A stretch of DNA of 63,436 bases, the filler included, from Octopus bimaculoides (lineage: Eukaryota): the NCBI RefSeq assembly GCF_001194135.2. It is 4 parts of 3 records of this genome, joined end to end, with 100 filler letters (N's around TTAATTAATTAA, not from the genome) between each part and the next. Parts side by side here need not be neighbours in the genome. Positions count along the whole stretch, not along the records: positions 1 to 31,465 come from NC_068987.1; 3 more parts are not named here. One strand, given 5' to 3'. Under the pieces are notes generated by a model, which was given only the letters and a program-made list of their open reading frames with translations, had not been told where the DNA came from and ran no database searches. This document shows, piece after piece, positions 14,688 through 27,613 of this stretch. Positions within the stretch are counted from its first letter, which is position 1; each line of letters starts with the position of its first letter. Position numbers and translations under genes: made by a program.

Positions 14688-14762
14688 GAGAGTTTAGTTC
14701 AATCGGTCAGAGCATCGTGACGCGTAATCACGGAGGTGTGAGTTCGAGTCTCATAGCTAACC
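14688..14762 (+). pseudogene. tRNA-like cloverleaf (pseudo-tRNA or isolated SINE head); nominal anticodon CGT (Thr)
   Basis: A box TAGTTCAATCGG, D stem GTTC/GAGC, stem CGTGA/TCACG with loop CGCGTAA, T stem GTGAG/CTCAT with loop TTCGAGT. The acceptor stem is broken (GAGAGTT vs AGCTAAC) and U33 is absent. Confidence 0.6.
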
Positions 14763-14771
14763 ACCTGCACT

Positions 14772-14855
14772 GTTTTATTATTATTATTATCATCATCATC
14801 ATTATCATCATCATCATCATTATCATCATCATCATCATTATTATTTTTATTATTA

Positions 14856-14908
<53 letters not shown>
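14772..14908. repeat. Compound (ATT)n/(ATC)n microsatellite
   Basis: Seen directly. It produces the poly-I and poly-N/D pseudo-ORFs. Confidence 0.95.
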
Positions 14909-15274
14909 GTGTGTGTGTGTTACGAAAATACATATGTATAACATAAATACCTTCACGCATACATGCATGAAAACGTGCATTTCTACAGTCAAGTTATATT
15001 TAGAGGGGCATTAAATCAAAATAGCATTTATGTGGTTTACAAAATTAAACCACCCACAAATTTCAGCGCGTGTTCATAATATTAAATACAATTCTTATGG
15101 TGATGTTTGTTCTAGGTTCAGGAATAATTATTATGTCTCACTAACATCATTTTCCTTCGGGATAAAGTATAATTGTTCTTACCTTTTGGGTTGATATAAC
15201 CGGTTACAATTCTTCGCTGGATTACACAGTATATATAGGACTAAAGATTATTTTATAATCAAACAATATCTTAT

Positions 15275-15582
15275 GTTGTCTTATTGTTTGTTACTTCTCG
15301 AGTCAGGCTTGTCTCATAAGGGCCTGTTTCCCGGTTTCATTGGCGTATAGGTTCCCTACCTAGATGAGACGTCGGTCCGTCACAGGTAAGTTGCTAGATG
15401 CAGGAGGAGAGATTGAGAGAAAGTTGTGGCGAAAGAGTCAGCAGAAGTTCGCCATTACCTTCTGTCGGAGCCGCGTTAGGTGTTTCGCTCATAAGCACAC
15501 ACATCGCCCGGTCTGAGATTGAAACCCACGATCCCTCGACCGCAAGTCCGCTGCTCTAACCACTAGTCCGTGTGCCTCCTCC
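15275..15582 (-). mobile_element. SINE, head A + tail 2, with 14-bp TSD
   Basis: The minus-strand head GGAGGCACACGGACTAGTGGTTAGAGCAGCGGAC...GAGCGAAACACCTAA is head A. The tail CCTGTGACGGACCGACG...TATACGCCAATGAAACCGGG matches 27470-27557. TSD AAACAATATCTTAT at 15261-15274 and 15583-15596. Confidence 0.9.
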
Positions 15583-16108
15583 AAACAATATCTTATACCA
15601 CCATAAATATGAGTGTGTATAAAATGTGAAGTTTAAAAAGCGGTGTTCAATATGTCTTTATGATGGAGAAAGCTGGACTTCATAAAATTCCGATGTTGGA
15701 AATAAGAACTTAAATTATATACCTTGATGTCATATACAGAAAATGGGAATAGAAATATAGTCAAATTTAAACATAAAGCAATATGTGAATAAATTGTTTT
15801 CTATATTCCAAAACATTTGAAACGGTGGAGCTGCTTTTGGAAAACATGTTTCTTTAACACTATAAGCGTTCTTGTATAAAATGGTTATGTATTTAACGTG
15901 AAGTGTAAATGTCGTCTGAAATGCTGGAAATATTCATAGAGAACCGTAATTGTAAGTGATTCAGTATCAAGATAAAGATATTTACACCTGAACAATGTAA
16001 CAATCAATGATATTTTAATTTTAATTGTGTTTCAGACCGCTCAATATTCAAATATCAGATTTTCAAACAAGGAATTAAGTGACGTATTTCAATTTTAGAA
16101 TATCGAAT

Positions 16109-16342
16109 GTGGCGGCGAGCTGGCTGAATCTTTAACACGGTGAGCTGACAGAATCGTTAGCACGCCGGGCAAAATACTTAGACGCATTTCTTCCGTCGCT
16201 ACATTCTAAGTTCAAACTCCGCTGTGGTCGACTTTCCTTTTCATCCAAAGAGAATCCACAAAAGAAGTACCAGTTAAACATTAATCAACTTTCCTCCTAC
16301 CTCGACATCGTCGGTATTGTTCCAAAATTTGAAACCGATATT
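16109..16342 (+). mobile_element. SINE family C (GGCGGCGAGCTGGCAGAATCGTTAGCACGCCGGGC head)
   Basis: Head plus GAGTTCAAA..CCG..G.GGTCGACTTTGCCTTTCATCC core, shared with 16356, 20436, 23405, 29657 and 53508. Confidence 0.88.
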
Positions 16343-16355
16343 ACGCTAGAGGGGA

Positions 16356-16572
16356 AGGCGACGAGCTGGCACAATGGTTAGCACGCCGTGTAAAATGCTC
16401 AGCACCATTTCTTCTGTCTTAACCTTCAGAGCTCAAATACCACCACGATTGGCTTTGCCTTTCATCCTATCGAAGTCGATAAAATAAGTACCAGTTGAGT
16501 ATTGGGGCTGGTGTAATTGACTTAATTTTCCACATGACATTGCTGGCCTTGTGCCAAAATTTGAAACGAATA
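16356..16572 (+). mobile_element. SINE family C, second tandem copy
   Basis: Same family as 16109 and only ~14 bp downstream of it. Ends GTGCCAAAATTTGAAAC. Confidence 0.88.
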
Positions 16573-16619
16573 TTGGAATATTAATTTTAGAATTTGCGCT
16601 CTCGATTAAAATATTAGCA

Positions 16620-16870
16620 GCAGGCATTGCTGCGTAGTTACGAAGTTCGTTTAACAGCAATGTGACTTTGGATTCAGTCCCACTGCGCGATACCTTTAGC
16701 AAGTGCCTCCTACTATAGCCCCACAGCGACGTGGAAGCATTTCGCATATCTATCTAAAATGTTTACGAACCAGTGTTTTTCTCTTACCATCGCTTGACAG
16801 CGGCAAATGGTTTGTTTACTTTCCCATAAATTAGTGATTCGGCAAACCAACAATAGATTACATTTGTATC
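16620..16870 (+). mobile_element. Old, degenerate SINE family B copy
   Basis: GGATTCAGTCCCACTGCG..ACCTTTAGCAAGTGCCTCCTACTATAGCC and CCATCGCTTGACA...GATTCGGCAAA. Confidence 0.7.
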
Positions 16871-17039
16871 ATAAACATAAATACAGGGAAACATTTTTTT
16901 TCTTCGGCAAATGTTTCATGCCCGTGCTCCAGTAATGCCCCTGTCCAATGACTGAAACAACTAAAAGAATTTTCTCGACACAGAAATAGCCACTTCGTTT
17001 AGAATAACAAACGCTAGGCTATCTATTATATAAAATAGA

Positions 17040-17097
<58 letters not shown>

Positions 17098-17913
17098 NNN
17101 NNNNNNNGCAAAAACGGCTGATGGAAATGATTCCATTTCTGGGACGTGTGAATAATTTGCCCTCAGATACATAGTGCGTCAAAAATGTGATACATTTATG
17201 TGTCAAACGAGACAAAAAGTTTTCTATTTGACTCTACTTCAATTTTTAAAGGGATGCAGCGCTACAATATCTCGTGAACATTTTGCTTATCTAAACAGGT
17301 AGAGAGATATTTCAAGGGGACTTTTCTGCTATTTCGCGCTGTTTATGCAAACATGTCCGACTTTATTGAAATTGGTTAGTGAGATTATTTGTCATAGGTA
17401 TATTATTTGTTATTCAATGTGTTCAGTCCGATTTGTTACCCTTTGTATGCTTCATATAGTGTGTCGTTTTAATGTTTCATGTTATATATTTTCACGTTTT
17501 ATATTAAATGAATTCTGTATATTGTTGTTGGAACGCTTTAAGGTTGAACAAACATCTTTTATGCGATCTATGTACTAAATACATGAGATTTTTAATATTG
17601 TAACATATGGGCGTATTGTAATATATTGTAACATATTGTAACATATGGGCGTATTTTCTAAAATATATGCTAAAAGATTTTATATGTTCTGTGTCGAGAA
17701 TTCAGTTTCGTTTCTTTTATCTTTCTTTTCTGAAAATCAATTTTTACAACATTCCCGTAAATATTTATTAAGCATGCCCGTAACTATTTTCCAGCAGTTT
17801 TCGAACCATGAAATGCAAATATTGCTCGTGCAGCTAGAAATAGCTGCTAAAGATTCCGTGTATATCATCTGCACGTCCTGAAATGAGAGTAGGTCGCAAA
17901 TGAACGCCCACGC

Positions 17914-18320
17914 TCTCTCTTTTACTCTTTTACTTGTTTCAGTCATTTGACTGCGGCCATGCTGGAGCACCGTCTTTAGTCGAGAAAATCGACCCCGGGA
18001 CTTATTCTTTGTAGCCAAGTACTTATTCTATCGGTCTCTTTTGCCGAACCGCTAAATTATGGGTCGTAAGCACAGCAGCATCGGTTGTCAAGCGATGGTG
18101 GAGGGACAAACACATACACACAAACACACATACATATTTATATATATCTACATATATACGACGGGCTTCTTTCAGTTTCCGTCTACCAAATCCACTCACA
18201 AGGCTTTGGTCGGCCCGAGGCTATGGTAGAAGACACTTGCCCAAAGTGCTACGCAGTGGGACTGAAACCGGATCCATGTGGTTGGTAAGCAAGCTACTTA
18301 CCACACAGCCACTCCTGCGC
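17914..18320 (-). mobile_element. SINE family B, near full length
   Basis: Reverse complement of the family B consensus from tail to head. Confidence 0.92.
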
Positions 18321-18590
18321 TGGTGACAAATACTGCGAAGAGAAACAAGAAGCGAGGGGAAAAGAAACAAGAACTTACCAGCAGAGAAAAGCGCCCTCGA
18401 CGAAAGGGAAAAATAATAGTGCCGGTAAAGATCTCCTTCCAATGCAGTCGTTGTATGCGTGACTGCTACTCCCATGTAAACCTCTACAGCCACACCAAAT
18501 GCTGCATCATTATCAGCAACTGACACAATTTCTCCGGGCGCAGATCCATGGTCACTCCAAATCGACAGATGCCTTCTGTATCATCATAAC
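18321..18590 (+). mobile_element. RTE-clade LINE 3' remnant (terminal zinc-knuckle-like motif and 3' UTR)
   Basis: REKRPRRK...FQCSRCMRDCYSHVNLYSHTKCC matches the RTE C-terminal C-x2-C...SH pattern. It is followed by ATGGTCACTCCAAATCGACAGATGCC and an (ATC)-type tail. Confidence 0.75.
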
Positions 18591-19229
18591 AGATAAAGAA
18601 TATAATGCACTGGATAATGTAGCCCTGGGTACAAAATCCTTAAAAAAATTGTATGATGTCTAAATTATGAACGCATTTCAATATGCATCTATTTCGTCGG
18701 TGATGGTAATGTGGGGCTAATCGATAAACGGAACGAAAATAGGAATAACAATTTTAGCAGGCAAAGTTGATATTTTATCAGCTAAAACAATTTTTCGCAT
18801 TGCACATATTTATCGTTTCAATATCACACTCATTAATTATACAGTCTTACTGAATATTCTTTATCGTTCGTTTCAGCAGTAATGAAGTGTGGAACTAATT
18901 CCTTTTACTCAAACAATATCATATCACATTTGTTTCAAATTAATGTTTTGCTTGCTATTAAATCAGCGAGCTATAGTAAAATTAGACTTCTACCCCTAAA
19001 CTTTCGTCATCGGGGAAGAAGGATAGACGTCGCTATGATCTGTAGCATTCCGACCAAGGGTATTGGCAAGAAAGCGGTTGTTGCGAGAAGTGTCTCTAGG
19101 TGCTGGGGCTGGAACCTATCGAAAAACTTTTGATTGAACTAAATTTATCAGGGCCCAATCCACGCCAGATGTTATACACGCTTTATACAATGTTGTATGA
19201 TGTGGTGGTTGTAGTTGTTATAGATATAC

Positions 19230-19683
19230 CTGTTAAAGATGGCTTAGTTTTTCGTGTCATTAATCGGAACATCGACGCAGGCACCAAAATTCTTTGCTCA
19301 GAACTTTCGTGAAAATTGTAAAATTGTACGCTTAACATGTACTGAAAATTATCAATGTGACTCCACCTGCGCTGGCTCTTTCTCAGCAAAGCTGCAATCA
19401 CCCTTTCACAGAATTGTTGATTACTCCTTCTGCTGTCAGTCGCGGTAAATATCTACTAAGAGGCTTGAATAGGAAAACAAAGCTCGTTTGGCAGTCCATC
19501 CGATGAAGACAATTTATCCATCGTGAAATCGATCAACGCATTCCGTATTCCTGCGGCAGACATGAATTTTTCGTAACACTTCGCCTTTCTTGTTGAATGT
19601 CGGAGCAGGCCATCCAACAAGTCCCTGAAATCCGTCATGGGTTCCAACCACCAATTTGTCACGAAAAATCTAGCGAGATGCTA
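19230..19683 (-). other. Candidate internal exon of an unidentified minus-strand transcript
   Basis: Acceptor TTATTTCAG/TAG (NAGNAG) at 19686-19681 and donor ACAG|GTATAT at 19230/19229. The segment is non-repetitive and relatively CpG-rich. One frame is open throughout except for TAG TAG at 19458-19453. No protein family recognised. Confidence 0.3.
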
Positions 19684-20435
19684 CTGAAATAAGCATTCAT
19701 CTGAATAAAGACATTTAAAGGTTTAGCTTATGGACTAGGAAATAATATCTGTCTAAAGCCGTAAGCTGAATACAAAAATAATAAAAAGATGAGGAATTGC
19801 TTTCTTGCTACAGTGTAGTCATATCCCCTAACTATAACTCCAGATGGAAACGTTGGATCAACATCCACAATGTTGAGGATATTTTAGTAAAGAAATCACC
19901 GACAAGCTTGCGATGCATTTTAATGCACAATTTAAGCCGCTATTTATCTTCATCAATTTTTTATTCAATGATATTAAGCAACGGATCAAAACATCAAGAT
20001 AGCTTTGCTGCAATACTGCAATAAAGGGCATTAGTAGTTTATAGGTAGCTTACATACGTTAACCTAAAATTGTAAACATTTTTGTGAACAAGAAAGTGGA
20101 AATAGAAATAACCCATATTTCATCTGTTTCAGGGGTAGCAGAACAAAGCTACATGAGTGGAAAAGTTGGCGTGATTCTGAAAACAAAACATAACAGACTG
20201 GCAAATAATATTCATGCGCTATTCCTTTACTAAAAAACATTTTTTCCCTATGGTACCATAGGCATTGAGACACATAATATTGGTTCCAGTTCACTCATAG
20301 TTCATTCCCTGCACAGAGTGTTGAAAGTCTGAGGTCAGTATCTGATGAGCATAAGAGTCTCTTTACCGCTCATGTACAGGACCATCATTGAAAAATTTAC
20401 TGTATATAAATTGTGACTACATAAATAATAGTTAC

Positions 20436-20644
20436 AAATTTTGGTACAAGACCACCACTTTAAGGGAGGAGCAGGGGTAGTCGACTACTTTGACCCCGAT
20501 CTTGTAACGGCACTTATTTTGTGTATCCCGGAAATATGAAAGGCAAAGTCGACAGGCAGAATTTGAACTCAGAACGTGACGACGGACAAAATGCCAGTAA
20601 AGTATATTGACCGACGTGCTAAAGATTCTGCCAGTCCGCCGCCT
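20436..20644 (-). mobile_element. SINE family C
   Basis: ATGAAAGGCAAAGTCGAC...GAATTTGAACTCAGAACG...GTGCTAAAGATTCTGCCAGTCCGCCGCC is the reverse complement of the family C head. Confidence 0.88.
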
Positions 20645-21899
20645 TTATGAATGCATAAATAATATTTTTTCATAATATTGTTCAGATACACATCTTTCAT
20701 TGCTTTAGATTTGAACGATTTGAGGAATTAACATAAATGCCACTTATTTCAATATTTGAATGTTTCTGAGTATAACACACATACACAGACATATTTTTAG
20801 ATATAATAGATTTACCATATTTAGAAATAGTGCACTTTCTACAATAACTTGGCAATAAAATTAATGTTGACCACTAGTAATGGCTCGTTTTCAGGAAATA
20901 TGAATTTTAATATCAGCGTGGGTGTATTGCTTTATTATAAACAGAAATATAATAAACAAATGGAAACGAACGGAAGTATTTTAGCACAACTGTTTAAATA
21001 ATTATCAATGCCGATAGATAATATAGCGGCAACTGAAACAGGACTATCTCTAAATATTATTGTACTTTAGGAGGAACATTAAAATAATTATTGTCAATGT
21101 TTTAAGCATCAATAAAAAAAATGGCATCATTTATATATTCATGAAACAAATGGCTATGGAAATTGACATATGTAGGCGCATGCGTGGGTGGTTGGTAAGA
21201 AGTTTGCTACCCAACCAGACGGTTCCGGGTTCACTTACTAAGCAAGAAACTTCGGATACATGTTGTGAGTGAGTAAATAGAGGAGAGAAGAGAGAGAAAA
21301 GAAAGGAATGGGATAGGTGCGGGAAAGAATGAATGAGAGAGAAAGGAAGATATAAATCAATAGTCAAAACAAAAAAAAATTAAGATAAAGATAAGATGCC
21401 AGTATTAGGTTTCGTTAGAGTCGTTTAGGGGTAAGAGTTCAGGCGTTAACGTTTTGGTAAAGTGGGGGAGGAAGGCATTTATGGCTATTAATTAAAAAGA
21501 TGACTGCTAGGTTTGGTGTGATTAGAAAGAATATTTAATTCAACGGTCAGCAAGAATAGATAGCTAGCTTCTAAGATACTTATGCTAGTAGATGAAAGAA
21601 AAGAAACAAAAGCGTACGTATATTGTAACGACCGTGGATGTGTATAGGCAAGTGTTATGAATGTTGATATTTTGCTTGGATTTAGATCTATAGCAGTGCC
21701 TGAAGGTACGTGAGAGCTTACGTTTTACATGTAGAGAATGCTTCGTCTCCACACGTGGAGCGCTGGGCTTGGTATGGGACACTACAATATATTATGACCC
21801 AGGTTATCCTATATGGTATTTTCCTATTTATCAGATGGTGTGTGTGCTTATGTGTGTGTATATGTATGTATGCATGTACGTGCGTGCATGCGTGTGAGT

Positions 21900-22120
21900 G
21901 TTTGTACGCCTTTCTGTCCGGGCTTACCCTCCGCAACATCTTGACAACTAGTAATGGTGTAGTTACGTCTCAGTAACGTAGGGATTGCGCAGAGATATCG
22001 ATAAAATAAGTACGTGGCATAACAGTTTAAGTACCAGGTTTGATTCATTCGACTAAAATTTGCAGGCGTTGCCCAAAATGTGGCCGTAGTTTAATGAATG
22101 AGACAAGATAAACGAAGCAC
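21900..22120 (+). mobile_element. Degenerate SINE family B, 3' half
   Basis: CTTGACAACTAGTAATGGTGTAGTTACGTC..GTAAC, ATAAGTAC, CATTCGACTAAAA and GGCCGTAGTTTAATGA align to the family B 3' half. Confidence 0.65.
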
Positions 22121-23404
22121 TCTGTTTATCTTCGCTGCTACGCCACAGATGGCAGGTACTTCAAAATCGAAACATATTCATTTCTTTTTAAAGCCCCACC
22201 CATACAGTTTGATCATTAAGGCTATTCCTGTATTCAGACTTGACATTATACTTCACTTAAAATAATAATTCGCTTGAGTAATACTATGGAAATATGGTTG
22301 TTGTTTAACCTACGATAATTTTCACACTCACAAATGCTATAGGATATTAACTTCAGTAACTCAGAACCTCGTTTTCTGCAGTTTTTGTAGCATTCTTCTC
22401 TCTAAGAAATCAACTTAAATAGTTTCTGAGACAACTAATTCTTCCCGCAGAGATTATTTGCCAGGCAATCACTTGCTTCTGAGTGTTTTGAAATCAATCG
22501 AATGCAACGTTGCAATTTCAGGTTGAATATAATTTCAGTGTCGGCTAATATGATGAATTTTCATTTTATTTTTGTTCTAACTTGCACTTAGTAAATCTTA
22601 AAGAGAATTGCTCACAACTTGAGTCAGCGTTAGTCGATATTTGCTTTTGAACGCTTTGAGTGTCTGTGAAAACCTGTCAATTATGCTTTTAGGTATGTGA
22701 ATATTTAAAAGTACGTCTCTCAACAGGAAGCAAAAATTATTTTGCTTTCAAAGGCTTCTGCATTTTTAAATGCAACATCAAAGGTTGTGTCATTTCCCTG
22801 CAAATTGGTATTCGGAAAATCTAAATGCAGAGAGAGATCAGTGAAGAATCATTCGATTACACATTCAAGACTCGAGATAATTATATAATGCTTAACAAAT
22901 AATACTTCATTCAAATAAACAGACGGACTTGAACGCTAAACATAGTTTTGATTGACACAATCTCCACTAAGCCAAAGAACATACTTAATCTTGCAGATAC
23001 CGATATCACCTGAGACTTTTTCAAACTGAGATTTAAAATTTAAGGAACGTGATTCAAATTTTAACTTCAAGTTAATTAGGTTCAATGTTTGCACAGTTTC
23101 CCCAATGAATATCCTTGCATTTTGAAAACACGCTTCCGAAAGTTGTCACTCAATCAGTCAGATGGTGACTCCATCATATGTCACAGAAAACATTTTTAAA
23201 GTTTTATCGTTCGCTTGACGTTTCAATACTTTTGGGATATTCAATGAACCAGTTCTTATTTTATCATCCCTACGAAAAATCTAGCAACACGGAAATTATA
23301 ACATGAAGTTATCCCCCATCTAAACGAATAGTCAAGAATATATTTCCACACATATTGTTTAGGTCTTCTAATATGCTTGACAACCTCATTAACATGCTAT
23401 CATT

Positions 23405-23603
23405 AAGGTGGCGAGCTGACGAAATCCTTAGCAGTATTTCGCCTGTCGCTACATTCTGAGTTCAAATTTCACCGCGGTCGACTTTGCTTTTCATCTTTTC
23501 AGGGTCGATAAATTAAATACCAGTTAAACTCAAGGGTCGAAATAATCGACTCGTCCCCTCTCACCAAATTCAAGCCTTGTACCTATAGTAGAAAGGATTA
23601 ATA
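23405..23603 (+). mobile_element. SINE family C
   Basis: GGTGGCGAGCTG...GAGTTCAAATTTCACCGCGGTCGACTTTGCTTTTCATC...GTCGATAAATTAAATACCAGTT. Confidence 0.88.
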
Positions 23604-23953
23604 TGCTATCATTTACTGTTTTTTTTTTCTCCTTCCTGACGAAAACCTAAAATTAAGTATTTAATTCTTTACTTTTATGGAAAAATACAACACAAAGGAA
23701 TGGAACATTCCACCGCATGGTACTTTAATATACCAATAAGTAGTAAAGATTGAGATCTCGGGAACATATTCCTAGTAGAGGATTCGCACGCCCAAGACCT
23801 GCAGAATGAATGTCCACTGACTTGAAAATCATGGAGGAGTTAGCAGCAGGTAGGACCTGTGGCTGTAAAAGAATGCTAGAATGTTTCTGCGTGGCAGAAG
23901 TTTGTATGAGAAAATGAGCGGAAAACAAATAAAAGAGTACCTACTACTACTAC

Positions 23954-24007
<54 letters not shown>

Positions 24008-24151
24008 TACACAAACACATGCGCGCGCACACACACACATGGTTTCACACGCATATATATACATACCATGTATAAAATGTATAATCATATATGTATAAAC
24101 ATTATATCTACGTGGGTGCATGTGCGCATGTGCGCGTGTGTGTGTGTTGTG

Positions 24152-24222
<71 letters not shown>

Positions 24223-24727
24223 CATATCACCGCATGTTGTTCCATGTCGAATGATGATATTTCTTGACATTTCAAACATAGCTGAAAGTAATTTAAAGCT
24301 GCCGGAAACAAACTCGTAAAAACAAAATATTTCAGTGATTTTTAAATACTGATTCCCCAAGAAACCTTATTTTTCTTCATTTTACGGAAGATGTCGTGCA
24401 CGCAATATTTCGGAACATAGACTTCATCTTCCTTTCTGATCATGATAAAAAATTTCGATTCCGGTGCCTTTAAAATTTCTGTTACAGCTCCCGTTCTTTC
24501 AATGATATTAAGTTGACATACAGAATTGTTTGAAGAGTAAATTTCAAGTTTAAAATATCTCACAGACGAAATAAATATGGAAGTATGAATTATAATAGAA
24601 TAGAATCTTAAACGTACTTTTAGCGTTAAAATAAGCAACTGATCGACCATCAGGAGATGATTTTCCTAATGTCCCGAAAGTTAAGTACATAAATACGTTC
24701 GGATATTACATATATATTCTTTCTAAA

Positions 24728-24860
24728 TTTGGCGCAAGGGCCACAATACTGAGAGGAGAGGAAAGTCGATCACCACGACATCAGTAGGTGAGTGGTACGT
24801 ACTTAATCGTCCACGAAAGGATGTAAGACAAAGTCAGGTTCGGCAGCATTTGATTCCAGA
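24728..24860 (-). mobile_element. Degenerate SINE family C fragment
   Basis: AAATTTGGCGCAAGGGCCAC...AAAGGATG.AAGACAAAGTC resembles the reverse complement of the family C 3' part. Confidence 0.55.
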
Positions 24861-24987
24861 AATATCACTAAACACTTTTTCCGGTGTGCTGTCTATTAAG
24901 CCAGCTCGCCCACTTGGGTATTATAACATCCAAGGCTTACATGGAAAGATGGATGGATGGATGGATGGATGTATTTGCCTACTATAT

Positions 24988-25347
24988 CTATGTTGTTGTT
25001 GGCACTCCGTCGCTTACGACGTCGAGGGTTCCAGTTGATCTGATCAACGGAACAGCCTGCTCGTGAAATTAACGTGCAAGTGGCTGAACACTCCACAGAC
25101 ATGTCTACACTTAACCTAGTTCTGGGGGATATTCAGCGTGACACAGTGTGACAAGGTTGGCCCTTTGAATTACAGGCACAACAGAAACAGGAAGTAAGAG
25201 TGAGAGAAAGTTGTGGTGAAAGGGTACAGCAGGATTCGCCACCATCCCCTGCCGGAGCCTCGTGAAGCTTTAGGTGTTTTCGCTCAATAAACACTCACAA
25301 CGCCCGGTCTGGGAATCGAAACGGCGATCCTATGACCGCGAGTCCGA
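24988..25347 (-). mobile_element. SINE, head A + tail 1, slightly 5' truncated, (AAC)n tail
   Basis: Reverse complement of the 743/2212/35901 copies, with a TGTTGTTGTT tail at 24990-25000. Confidence 0.92.
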
Positions 25348-25997
25348 CTATATCTAATAACTTGAGGAACTTCATTGAGGCTTGTTTATCTAGTATGACC
25401 ATTGTAACATGTAGAACGTGTGTGTTATTAAACAAGCAGTGATTCCTAATATGCACATCATCTTAAACGGGTTGGGCTCATCTTTTACTCCCTATCATTC
25501 TGAAGCGCAGATAAACTATGTCTCACCACAGTAGAAGGGTTAGATAAAAAAAAATACACCCGTCATCAGTGCTAACTTACGTGGTTGTTCTAGTGCTGCA
25601 AAAAATATATTATCCATGTACCCTGTATATGAATATGTTTCATGTTGATGCGTAAAAATATAATTTATTTACGACGGAATATTGAATATATTCCTTTGTA
25701 GTGGTAGCGTATCTATTATTGAAAGCAAGCCTCAAATAATGTACCTTTGATTATCCAATTACTTTGATGTTTATTTGCTCACCTACTACCTGTAGTTTTG
25801 TGGTGTTATGAAATGTTACGTTCCAACGAAATTTATGATCATAGTGAAATACGATCAATGGTTGTCAAAAAATGACATTTGAAAACTCTGTGTGTGTAAG
25901 TGTGTTTATATGATTGTAGATATACGCTTATAGATATACGAAAACATATACCAACACACATATGCATATGCATGCATATATATATATATATATATAT

Positions 25998-26294
25998 AGG
26001 CGTAGGAGTGGCTTATAGGCGTAGCAGTGGCTGTGTGGTAAGTAGCTTGCTTACCAACCACATGGTTCTGGGTTCAATCCCACTGCGTGGCACCTTGGGC
26101 AAGTGTCTTCTACTATAGCTTTGGGCTGACCAAAGCCTTGTGAGTGGATTTGGTAGACGGAAACTGAAAGAAGCCTGTCGAATATATGTATATATACATA
26201 TATATATATGTATGTGTGTGTATATGTTTGTGTGTCTGTGTTTGTCCCCCCAACATCGCTTGACAACCGATGGCGGTGTGTTTACGTCCCCGTA
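25998..26294 (+). mobile_element. SINE family B, running into an assembly gap
   Basis: High similarity to the copies at 171, 6238 and 17914. The 5' end is tandemly duplicated. Confidence 0.92.
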
Positions 26295-27321
26295 NNNNNN
26301 NNNNNNNNNNNNNNNNNNNNNNNNNNNNNNNNNNNNNNNNNNNNNNNNNNNNNNNNNNNNNNNNNNNNNNNNNNNNNNNNNNNNNNNNNNNNNNNNNNNN
26401 NNNNNNNNNNNNNNNNNNNNNNNNNNNNNNNNNNNNNNNNNNNNNNNNNNNNNNNNNNNNNNNNNNNNNNNNNNNNNNNNNNNNNNNNNNNNNNNNNNNN
26501 NNNNNNNNNNNNNNNNNNNNNNNNNNNNNNNNNNNNNNNNNNNNNNNNNNNNNNNNNNNNNNNNNNNNNNNNNNNNNNNNNNNNNNNNNNNNNNNNNNNN
26601 NNNNNNNNNNNNNNNNNNNNNNNNNNNNNNNNNNNNNNNNNNNNNNNNNNNNNNNNNNNNNNNNNNNNNNNNNNNNNNNNNNNNNNNNNNNNNNNNNNNN
26701 NNNNNNNNNNNNNNNNNNNNNNNNNNNNNNNNNNNNNNNNNNNNNNNNNNNNNNNNNNNNNNNNNNNNNNNNNNNNNNNNNATATATATATATATATATA
26801 TATATGGATAGATAGATAGATAGATAGATATGAATGCATATATATATCTATATATGTGTGTGTGTCTCTTAATATGTATATATTTGTTTATGTGTGTAAA
26901 ACGTCTGCGTTTTTGCTTTGTAATAAATCAAGCATAGTTTATGGCTAACTGTGACACTTAGTGCAATATCTTCCACTTCTTTCCACATGAAAATATTACA
27001 GCCGCAATGAATCTCTTGGAAAAAAATAAATAAATAAAAACAAAAATAAAAATAAATGGAATTCTCAAATTCAATGACGTCGATGTATAAATAGTATGCT
27101 TCCAAGACTAACCTTATGATGTTGTACTTCAACATCCAGAAGCAACAAGGTTACTCAAATATAATACGTGGGAGTTATGCATAAAATCTTGAAAGGGGAT
27201 TTCCTCTAGTTGATGGGCTGCATCATTTTTTTTTACCATTTACTTGTCATGACATTACATAGATTACATTTCGCTGTTATGTGTATTGAGTTAATTATAT
27301 TATCTAGAGACATTTTGTATA

Positions 27322-27557
27322 CGCGGCTGAGTTAGTGGTTAGGACGTTGGACTCATGGTTGTAAGATTGTAGTTTCGAATCCAGGACTGGGCGACGTGTT
27401 GTGTTCTTGAGGAAAACACTTCATTTTACGTTGTTCCAGTCTAGTCAGCTGGCAAAAAGGAGTAACCCTGCGACGGACCGACACCTCGTTCAGGGGAGGG
27501 GGCAATATACGCCATGGAAACCGGGGAAGTGGCCTTGACAGTCTAAATGACTCCGGA
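27322..27557 (+). mobile_element. SINE, head D + tail 2
   Basis: TTGTGTTCTTGAGGAAAACACTTCATTTTACGTTGTTCCAGTC.AGTCAGCTGGCAAAAA is head D. CCCTGCGACGGACCGAC...TATACGCCATGGAAACCGGG is tail 2. Confidence 0.82.
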
Positions 27558-27613
27558 ATTTTACCATTACTACTACTACTACTACTACTATTGCATATAT
27601 ATATATATATATA

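Noticed and set aside
24108-24650. 102-aa minus ORF and nearby CLKCQEISSFDMEQHAVIC (zinc-finger-like)
   Set aside because: The C-H spacing does not fit UBZ/C2HC patterns well, the frame runs into (AC)n, and the putative 53-nt intron would not join it in frame.
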